Shown here: positions 15,298 to 22,828 of the stretch, piece by piece
Layout: each line of letters begins with the position of its first letter
Position numbering within the stretch: position 1 is the stretch's first letter
NCBI GenBank assembly: GCA_009936765.1
Contig: JAACDL010000190.1
Location: forward strand, 1-36,734
DNA: 36,734 nt
Source: Methanobacteriota archaeon
GTDB lineage: Archaea > Thermoplasmatota > Poseidoniia > Poseidoniales > Poseidoniaceae
Direction: 5' to 3'
Program-made: the position numbers and the translations under genes
The notes under the pieces: model-generated
What the model was told of the DNA's origin: nothing
The model's database searches: none
Seen by the model: the letters and a program-made list of their open reading frames with translations, nothing else

Positions 15298-17570
15298 TCT
15301 TTACGAGATCTTAGGCTAGCAACAATTCCAGCAACTGCAATCATTGTCATTGTAAGAACTGGTGAGACGAAAGGAAGTAGTCCACTTCCATCATCAGCAG
15401 CAGTTTCATCTCCAGAACCATCCGCAGGGCCGCCTGCTTCTGGACTGTTATCTTGTAGTGATTCTTCAATCGCTTCTTCGATAATTTCATTGTTGTGTTG
15501 AGACAAATCTACTAGATCTTCTAGAGTGGAGTCATCAGCAATATCTGCTTCTTGGGCGATAGCTTGTTGTCCAGAGAAGTATGTTATTGAAACTGGAGAA
15601 GGTGCATCGCCGTAAGAATCAGATTCTGGACCGACTAAAGTGTACCACAGGTTGCTATCATCAGATGTGACAACCATTTGGAATCCAACTACCATATTGT
15701 TGGTGTTATCCCAAAGTATGTACATCTCTCCATCATCATACGGGAAGTCAGCTTCATAATCTTCAAGTCTGTATTCTAAATTTTCACCAAAGTTCTCGAG
15801 CACATTTTCTAGTGTGGAATCAGAGAATCCCTCGATAATGTCGATTACTAAGTCACTAGGTTCTGGATCTTGCGCAACTTCAGTACATGTTTCAACAGTA
15901 TCGACGATTTGGTTATTTGTGATATCTTTCAGTTGTGCAGTAACACAGTGTTCACCCCATGAACTAGTAGACATCTCCGTCCATTCATCATCATAATCAG
16001 TGTTTGAGATTACGTAGGAGCCTGTGTCTTGAGTAATTCCATCTGAGTCAACCAGTACCATGTTTACTTCGTAATTGTTGTTATAATCCAGATCCCATGC
16101 CTGTAATTCGAGCTGTACTTCTTCTTGGGAACCGACATTCATTTCCATGGACATCATGTCGCTTGACTCATAATCGTCGCCACTTCCGTCCATGCTTTCT
16201 ACAATCTCTGCTGTGCTGTCTACAATCATATCTTCAAGAGTTGCAGCATCTTCAGTTCCCGCGAATGCGTGTAAGAATAGATCGTAAATATGGCAGGTCA
16301 TCCCGAACGGAACTGGACTTGTGTGTGCCTGCATAACTTCAATTTGTTCACCATCGGTAGTAATCATCTGAGTTCCCTCGAATAATTCCATACCCATCTC
16401 GCAGCCATAGCCTTCATCGAACCCACCGGCGTCAGTAGTATCATCACTTGCAGAAACATCCCACTTACCTTCAGGGAATCCCATTTCTTCTGCCGGTAGA
16501 CCTGTCAATTCAAAGTTAAATCCTGTAGAAGTAGAGAAAGTTCCTATGTTGGATTCTACTTCATCTATCACTATGTGACCAATAGGGCTGGTACCGTCAT
16601 TGTAGTGTGTCCAACCTTCAGCAACTGCGTTTTCCCAATCATCATCATGATCGAAATCCCAAGTACAGAAGAATTCGTCACTGCTAGAATAGTACTCACA
16701 GTAGGATCTGTACTCATACCAGTCAACATTCCCATCGTCATCGTAATCGATAGTGCATCGGTATTCATGACCATCCCATTCGCAATCTTCGTAGTTCTCC
16801 CAATAAACTTCACCAGAGTCGTCTTCTCCAATATTCCATTCAATGCTTTCTCCGCCTTCTAGGTCAGAAATTCTTTGATGGAGCGTACTTGGCTCGGCGT
16901 AAATTATTGAACTTGCAGCGTTAGTTACTCCGTAAGCGACACCCATTTCCATGTGGATGTCTAGAGGCATGACTTTGTCGCCATCCTCTGCTTCTAGGCT
17001 ACCTTCGAGGTCAAAGGAAATTGTTGTATCAGATGCCATAGACATATCAATATCATGGCCATAGATTAGCCCGGCTACATCACGGTACTCTACATAGTAA
17101 GCATCGACGTTGAAAACACCTTCAGAACCAGCTGAGATTGTTAAATCCCAACCTGCACGAGCATCTGACCACTCGGTGATAATTGCCATATCTGTAAGTG
17201 AGCCATGGCGAACTGTCAATTCTGTAACATGCTTTGTTACTTCAACTGAAGACCCATCTGTAGCATCAAACATCATTGTTCCATCTTCATATTGGTCGAC
17301 AACCATTGAAGAAGTACCTGTGATTTCTTCTAGGATAAGCAGTTCGATTCCTGCATCATCTGCAGACTGCATAACATCTGCTAGAATTTCATCAAGCGGC
17401 AAGCCAGTCATAGACTCAAAATCAGTATCCATGTTGGTCCAATCATATTCCATTCCAAACGCGAAGTGTTCAGTTGTTGCATCCTCCGCAGCGACTCCTT
17501 GTGGCAAAACAGATGCACACAAAAGTACGGTCAACAAAACGGCATTCAATCTCGAGAAACTTTTCCTCAT
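15294..17570 (-). CDS. Hyper-acidic secreted protein of unknown function with a C-terminal tripartite anchor or sorting-like signal
   Basis: 758 aa. Signal peptide MRKSFSRLNAVLLTVLLCASVLPQGVAA. Visibly D/E-rich throughout. Four-Cys acidic/aromatic segment CEWDGHEYRCTIDYDDDGNVDWYEYRSYCEYYSSSDEFFCTWDFDHDDDW. It ends with a G/D/S/E-rich linker followed by LLPFVSPVLTMTMIAVAGIVASLRSRKE. Confidence 0.8.
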   Translation of the reverse strand: MRKSFSRLNAVLLTVLLCASVLPQGVAAEDATTEHFAFGMEYDWTNMDTDFESMTGLPLDEILADVMQSADDAGIELLILEEITGTSSMVVDQYEDGTMMFDATDGSSVEVTKHVTELTVRHGSLTDMAIITEWSDARAGWDLTISAGSEGVFNVDAYYVEYRDVAGLIYGHDIDMSMASDTTISFDLEGSLEAEDGDKVMPLDIHMEMGVAYGVTNAASSIIYAEPSTLHQRISDLEGGESIEWNIGEDDSGEVYWENYEDCEWDGHEYRCTIDYDDDGNVDWYEYRSYCEYYSSSDEFFCTWDFDHDDDWENAVAEGWTHYNDGTSPIGHIVIDEVESNIGTFSTSTGFNFELTGLPAEEMGFPEGKWDVSASDDTTDAGGFDEGYGCEMGMELFEGTQMITTDGEQIEVMQAHTSPVPFGMTCHIYDLFLHAFAGTEDAATLEDMIVDSTAEIVESMDGSGDDYESSDMMSMEMNVGSQEEVQLELQAWDLDYNNNYEVNMVLVDSDGITQDTGSYVISNTDYDDEWTEMSTSSWGEHCVTAQLKDITNNQIVDTVETCTEVAQDPEPSDLVIDIIEGFSDSTLENVLENFGENLEYRLEDYEADFPYDDGEMYILWDNTNNMVVGFQMVVTSDDSNLWYTLVGPESDSYGDAPSPVSITYFSGQQAIAQEADIADDSTLEDLVDLSQHNNEIIEEAIEESLQDNSPEAGGPADGSGDETAADDGSGLLPFVSPVLTMTMIAVAGIVASLRSRKE

Positions 17571-17593
17571 GAATTAAACTTATCATAACAGGG

Positions 17594-17600
17594 TAATTAA
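17594..17600 (-). promoter_or_regulatory. Candidate TATA box (TTAATTA on the minus strand) about 27 nt upstream of the ATG at 17570; it would imply a leaderless or near-leaderless transcript
   Basis: Based on position and composition only. No SD-like motif lies between it and the ATG. Confidence 0.2.
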
Positions 17601-17613
17601 GGTATGGGCAGCG

Positions 17614-17618
17614 AAAAA
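17614..17618 (-). terminator. Oligo-T tract (T5 on the minus strand) 7-11 nt after the stop of the 1541-aa gene; candidate archaeal intrinsic terminator
   Basis: The minus strand reads TAATCCCCATTTTTCGC. Archaeal termination at oligo-T is established knowledge; a single T5 is weak evidence. Confidence 0.2.
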
Positions 17619-17624
17619 TGGGGA

Positions 17625-20600
17625 TTATTCAACGTTTTCAGTTGAATTGTCAACTGGGCTTTCATCCAAATCCCCTTCTAAGTATTCTTTGGAATCGCCG
17701 CCAAATACCCCCCATGAATCTATGAGATCTATGTCTGCAAGGCGCTTTCTTCTTCGTATCACTACGAAAGCTACAATCGACGATAGAAGAATGAATCCTC
17801 CTATTGAAGCACCTGCAACATACAGCGAAGTGTTATCCTTTTCTTTTTCTGTAAATTCAATATTGATACTGATGTAGTCTATGCTCTCATCATCGAATGC
17901 TGTTACTTTTACCTGAGCTTTGCCATCGCCTTCCGGTAGTATTTCGACATCTCCTGTCCAAATGCCGTCACCGTCATCATCTGTCAGATTGAAGTACCAA
18001 ATTTGAGGTTCTTTGATAATTGTTGCATTAAGCAATTGAGTTGTACCATCCGGGTCATCTAATTTGACTCGAACTGAAATCTTAGTGAGTTCATTAACCG
18101 TAGCGGTTTTCGGAGTGGCTGTCAAATTAGAAAGGTCTGGGCTGCTAGATGCAACTGTTATGTTGAGATGTTGTTCATCAATTCCGCCCCTTCGGTCCTC
18201 AATGAAAAGCGAAATGTGATGCACCCCTGGTGCTAATTTGGTAGAATAGAAAGCATCGTTCGACAGTACAACCGGGTATATTTCACCTGCTTCGTACAAA
18301 CGCCATTCTCGTCTAGTAATGTCATCATCAGCATCGCTTGTCCCGTTCGAGTCAAACATAACCAATTCCCCCGGTTCGTAATACTGGTTGTTAACTGGCT
18401 CGTAGATTACGGCATCTGGGTCGGATTCAACCACCAGTAAATTGACTACCTCGTCCCTAGACAAACCTGTTTCGTCAACCAATGTGAATGTCAGAATGTG
18501 TTCACCTGAAGCTAAAGTAATAATGTATAATTCTGATGGACTTTCATCTGTAAGGATAATACCAGATACATCGCTTTCCAAACTGAATGTGAAATTGTCA
18601 CCGTCATAATCCATGCTTTCACGGATGTCAAGTTCGATCAAATCACTAGAATTGTACCCATATGATAAATCAGGATTTGTAATAACAAGAACCGGAGCAG
18701 AAGGTGCGACTTCAACAATCACGTTGCTGGTCACAGGAGAATGAATCCCATCGTCCATCATCAAGCTGATCGTATGCGTACCACTAGACAAGTGACCTTC
18801 GAAAATTAACCAATCAGAACCATCCTCTTGAAGAAGACCATCGATGTCAGAATACCAAGAATAAATCAGATATTCTGAACCAGTTGCTGGTTCACTTTCA
18901 GCACAATGCCATGATATATTGTTAGGGAATGTGCTACAAGCACTATCCCAATCTCCTGAACCAGAAGCATTGAACTCGAATAAGTGGCTAGAATCGTGAC
19001 TAGTGCCGGCTTGAGGCGATGTTATAACTGCTTTAGGAGGGCTATTTTCTACTGTAAGAATAGTCGAGTTCTGAGATGTTGAGTTGATGTGTTCCATCCT
19101 CCCGTCATTAACACTCAAGGTGATTACATGGGCGCCCCTAGAGAGGTGGCCTTGCCAAGTACTTTGATTCGAGATTATACCATCTAGAGAACTTTCCCAA
19201 AGGTAGGTGACATCGTCTCCTTCAGGGTCTACAGTCGTACTTAACAGAGTAATCTCATCTTCAGATAAATTACCTTCACGGCTAACTTCGAAAGAAGAAA
19301 CTGGTACTTCGTTATACAATTCAACTGGAACTACCCATTCTTTTACAGGGTTTATTCCATCAGACACAGATAGAGTGAGATCGAATGTCATGTCGCTCAT
19401 ATTTGCGAATGATAAGTATCCAGTTCCGTTTACACAATCACCTAGTTGTACATTGTTTCCAGGCCACGACCATGAACAATCTAGAGTATCATTTTCGGGG
19501 TCATAAGTACCATTTAGCCAGAACTCCAAGGGTTTGGTAATTGGAGTTTTCAACTCACCCCAAGGGGAAAGTGAAGGGTCTGTGTTAACGACAATTATTG
19601 GGTCTTGGTTAGATAATTCAATCGTTCTTGTTTCATCAACGCAGTTACCCTTGTCGTCACATATTTCCAGAGTAATGTCATGGACTCCGTCTGAAAGAGT
19701 ACAACCCCATACACCATCCGAATTTACAGAGAATGCAAAACCTCTGTTAGGATTGAATGGATTACCTTGACCGGTGCATGATGCCAAAATATCACCATCT
19801 AGGTCGCTTGTCCACGCGAAGGTTAATTCATCATCATCAAGGTCCCAAGAAGCACTAGCGTTGAATAAAATATCTCCTTGTGATGGGTAAACATTCTGAT
19901 CTGAAGGAGTGTCCCAAATTATGAAAGGTGCTTGATTTGACAAAGGAAGTTGACACCAGACCATCCTGTCTTCGGACAAGGAGATACTGGTGGAATTAGA
20001 TACACTATCATAAGAACAATCGATGGTAACTGTGGTGTAGGGGCTTTGTCCAACGCTTGTGTATTTCTTACCTCTTAAATCAGAGAATGTCACAGTACCA
20101 ATGTTGTTTGTTGATTCCGATATTGAATTTTCTAATTGGTCAAAACCAAGATGCACTGCAGCATTTGGAATTCCATTTGAGTAATTATTTACAACCCATA
20201 CCTCAACATCCCATGCCTCTTCAATCCACCCATTACCAGCAATGTTAGCACTAGAATAACCGATGTTTGTAGGCTGATGTAAATGTAAATGTGAATCTGT
20301 ATCTAAATTTAGAACATGTGAACCAATATCACTGAATTTTGTCCAATTAAGTTCAACATTGGTGAATGTGAGTTCACCTGTGCAACTAGACGTTATGGTA
20401 TTTCCAGACCCTGATAATTGGTCATGATTTGAGAGATTGAGACAACCACTTCCTGAGAAATTAGCATTTGATAGAACACTGACCCTCTCAACATTATGCT
20501 CTGCATCCCAAATGAGTCCTCCATGAGTTCCGTAGATGTCGAGCCCATCAATCACGCCTTCTGCAGCAACGATATCGATTCCAGGTCCGCTATTATTCAC

Positions 20601-22250
20601 CCAAGCTTCTACGTCATGTAAATGGAACAATCCGCCCTGAGAACCGATATTCAAACCACTATTATCAATCGATATCGCAGGCCCTGTCAATGGGTCATGT
20701 ATCTGTAGATCTTCAAGATAAATATCGACTGAATCTGTGATTACAACACCGCGGTTGTTGCCAATTGAAACACAAGATACACAACTGACGTCTCCGGAAC
20801 CAGACTCAATATCATTCGCTCTGTTGAATTCAAGTCCTGCATCTGCATTGTTAGAACTGGACAGATTAGAAAGGTAGACGTACCTAGCATCATCAATATG
20901 TACGCCTGAGTTACCATTGTTGTCTAGTGTCAAACCGTCAACAATAGTTGCTGCGCTCTCTAAGTAGAATCCCTCTTGACCATTGTCATGGAGGTTCCAA
21001 TCGTTTCCTTGAATTGCTCCACCGTTCAAAGCAAATACTCCAGGACCTGTAGAATTGGAAACCTCAAGTCCGTCAAATTTAGCTGCGAAATAAGAAGAAC
21101 GTATCGAGATTCCTGCACCATCTGCGCCACTTCCAGAGCCTCCAGTATTATTGATTGAAAGATTTGTGAATATAGTCGATGAATCCACGAAATATAACTG
21201 AACTCCAACGGCGTCGTTGTCTTCAAGATGAGCATCTTCAATCCAAGCACCTGTGGCGTTTATCTCAATTGTAGCAGTAGCAAGACCGGACGTCTTAGCA
21301 TCAGGTCCGCCAGTTCCACTAATTTCTAAACCCTCGATTATTGCACTCTGATAATTTGTGTAATTTGTGTGGTCTTCTTTGTCGATTATGAGAGCCTTGT
21401 ACATGGAATTCCGAATATTCAAGTCTCTGATTACTGCCCTGGTAGTAATGCCATCATCGATGTGGCGGATTATTGCACCGTGATCTGAACGGTTAACTGA
21501 GACACCTTCCAACAATGGAACGCTATCTTCTACCCAAATTCCTGCAGCTTCGGCAAGAGTTGCCCCCGTAATATTTGAGATTGTGATATTGCGTAGAAGG
21601 CCACCAGAGTTACCCCATAAATTGACACCTCTGGTAACCGCATCGGAGATTGTCAAACCATCAATATTCGGAGCCGAACCAGCCCCTATTGAAAGTCCGA
21701 TTCCGTACCTCCAGTATGTGGGAAAGTTCCAGTCTTGCCCGGCTTCATCTATGACCATATCACGTATAGTAGGTGTTGCGGGATTGAACATGTCAACACC
21801 TACATCATCTGCATTCCAGATTGTTACATTGGCAAGATAAGGGTCGGACCCGTAAATCGTAAGTCCATAAGTTGAGTGAATAATTGAAGCATTGTCTATT
21901 CTACTGCCTCTGCCGTTTGAAGTGGAATTGAACTGAATTCCCATGTGGTCACCGCCACCCGCATAGTCAAAGTAAACCGGACAATTACTTGTTCCTTCAA
22001 CTGTAATTCGACCTTCGACAAAGATCCTAACTCCATTTGACATTGTTACGTTTGTACAAGCTGAAATAATCAGTTCATCAGTAACTGAAACAGTGTGATG
22101 ATTATTGAGAACAACTTCTCCTGACCAAGTTGTTTGCGCACGCCCACTAGTTTCACTGATTTCGTCGACACTCAAGAAAATTGGTGATTGTGATGACAGA
22201 CAGAAAATAATGAGTAAGCCAACCGCAGATACTGACTTTTTACTCATCAT
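17625..22250 (-). CDS. Giant (1541 aa) type-I anchored surface protein: right-handed parallel beta-helix (PbH1) repeats plus at least 6 PKD-like domains
   Basis: Signal peptide MMSKKSVSAVGLLIIFCLSS. Beta-helix repeat texture spans about aa 60-640 (e.g. GLTISDAVTRGVNLWGNSGGLLRNITISNITGA, NSGVHIDDARYVYLSNLSSSNNADAGLEF). PKD-like units: FNASASWDLDDDELTFAWTSDLDG, LNGTYDPENDTLDCSWSW, VDPEGDDVTYLWESSLDG, FNASGSGDWD, MDYDGDNFTFSLESDVSG, FDSNGTSDADDDITRREWRL. TM GGFILLSSIVAFVVI followed by RRRKR. I counted about 38 N-X-S/T sequons by hand. Confidence 0.9.
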   Translation of the reverse strand: MMSKKSVSAVGLLIIFCLSSQSPIFLSVDEISETSGRAQTTWSGEVVLNNHHTVSVTDELIISACTNVTMSNGVRIFVEGRITVEGTSNCPVYFDYAGGGDHMGIQFNSTSNGRGSRIDNASIIHSTYGLTIYGSDPYLANVTIWNADDVGVDMFNPATPTIRDMVIDEAGQDWNFPTYWRYGIGLSIGAGSAPNIDGLTISDAVTRGVNLWGNSGGLLRNITISNITGATLAEAAGIWVEDSVPLLEGVSVNRSDHGAIIRHIDDGITTRAVIRDLNIRNSMYKALIIDKEDHTNYTNYQSAIIEGLEISGTGGPDAKTSGLATATIEINATGAWIEDAHLEDNDAVGVQLYFVDSSTIFTNLSINNTGGSGSGADGAGISIRSSYFAAKFDGLEVSNSTGPGVFALNGGAIQGNDWNLHDNGQEGFYLESAATIVDGLTLDNNGNSGVHIDDARYVYLSNLSSSNNADAGLEFNRANDIESGSGDVSCVSCVSIGNNRGVVITDSVDIYLEDLQIHDPLTGPAISIDNSGLNIGSQGGLFHLHDVEAWVNNSGPGIDIVAAEGVIDGLDIYGTHGGLIWDAEHNVERVSVLSNANFSGSGCLNLSNHDQLSGSGNTITSSCTGELTFTNVELNWTKFSDIGSHVLNLDTDSHLHLHQPTNIGYSSANIAGNGWIEEAWDVEVWVVNNYSNGIPNAAVHLGFDQLENSISESTNNIGTVTFSDLRGKKYTSVGQSPYTTVTIDCSYDSVSNSTSISLSEDRMVWCQLPLSNQAPFIIWDTPSDQNVYPSQGDILFNASASWDLDDDELTFAWTSDLDGDILASCTGQGNPFNPNRGFAFSVNSDGVWGCTLSDGVHDITLEICDDKGNCVDETRTIELSNQDPIIVVNTDPSLSPWGELKTPITKPLEFWLNGTYDPENDTLDCSWSWPGNNVQLGDCVNGTGYLSFANMSDMTFDLTLSVSDGINPVKEWVVPVELYNEVPVSSFEVSREGNLSEDEITLLSTTVDPEGDDVTYLWESSLDGIISNQSTWQGHLSRGAHVITLSVNDGRMEHINSTSQNSTILTVENSPPKAVITSPQAGTSHDSSHLFEFNASGSGDWDSACSTFPNNISWHCAESEPATGSEYLIYSWYSDIDGLLQEDGSDWLIFEGHLSSGTHTISLMMDDGIHSPVTSNVIVEVAPSAPVLVITNPDLSYGYNSSDLIELDIRESMDYDGDNFTFSLESDVSGIILTDESPSELYIITLASGEHILTFTLVDETGLSRDEVVNLLVVESDPDAVIYEPVNNQYYEPGELVMFDSNGTSDADDDITRREWRLYEAGEIYPVVLSNDAFYSTKLAPGVHHISLFIEDRRGGIDEQHLNITVASSSPDLSNLTATPKTATVNELTKISVRVKLDDPDGTTQLLNATIIKEPQIWYFNLTDDDGDGIWTGDVEILPEGDGKAQVKVTAFDDESIDYISINIEFTEKEKDNTSLYVAGASIGGFILLSSIVAFVVIRRRKRLADIDLIDSWGVFGGDSKEYLEGDLDESPVDNSTENVE

Positions 22251-22351
22251 ATTTCCACGACACCCTCAATGCATTAGACTGTTCCCCCTCTAGGTTTGAA
22301 CTTAGAAGTTAAATCGGCACAGTGAATAGGGGGTGTTATGTGGATTGTTTA

Positions 22352-22585
22352 ATGCCTGAAGCGTTCGTCCTGTTTAAGACTGAGCCGACCAAAGAAAGAG
22401 AGGTTTATTTGGAACTTTCAGGCAACCCTAGTGTTTCAGAAGTGCATGTCCTTTACGGAGAATTTGACCTCCTAATTCGGATTTCATCTGCCGATGCAAA
22501 AGGCCTCACTGGGATGCTGATGAAAGAATTTAGGCAGATATCTGGAGTTCGAGAGACTCAAACGATGATTGCTGTTGATTATTGA
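22352..22585 (+). CDS. Stand-alone Lrp/AsnC-type RAM (ligand-binding) domain protein, paralogue 1
   Basis: 77 aa from the ATG at 22352: MPEAFVLFKTEP...VHVLYGEFDLLIRI...ISGVRETQTMIAV, the beta-alpha-beta-beta-alpha-beta RAM pattern with no HTH. An alternative GTG at 22340 has GGGGGTG 4 nt upstream. Confidence 0.7.
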   Translation: MPEAFVLFKTEPTKEREVYLELSGNPSVSEVHVLYGEFDLLIRISSADAKGLTGMLMKEFRQISGVRETQTMIAVDY

Positions 22586-22590
22586 GGTGA
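22584..22590 (+). promoter_or_regulatory. Shine-Dalgarno site GAGGTGA for the second RAM gene, overlapping the stop codon of the first
   Basis: The sequence reads TATTGAGGTGAGAAAATG. The stop TGA is at 22583-22585 and the ATG at 22595. Confidence 0.55.
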
Positions 22591-22594
22591 GAAA

Positions 22595-22828
22595 ATGGCT
22601 ACTGGATTTGTATTAATTACCACTAAACCTGGAAGTGAGCATGATGTTCGCAGCAGCTTGGACAAAATAGAGCACGTTGTCAATCGCTGGATGCTATTCG
22701 GAGAATATGACCTGATTGCAAAAATACAGGCCGATGATGAATACACATTGACGAAAGTTATTGTTGAAGAGATAAGGCCTATTTCAGGAATTGTTGACAC
22801 CAAGACTTTGCTTGGTGCCGAGATATAA
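22595..22828 (+). CDS. Stand-alone Lrp/AsnC-type RAM (ligand-binding) domain protein, paralogue 2
   Basis: 77 aa: MATGFVLITTKPGSEHDV...WMLFGEYDLIAKI...ISGIVDTKTLLGA. It is collinear with paralogue 1 (about one third identical by eye) and exactly the same length. Confidence 0.75.
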   Translation: MATGFVLITTKPGSEHDVRSSLDKIEHVVNRWMLFGEYDLIAKIQADDEYTLTKVIVEEIRPISGIVDTKTLLGAEI

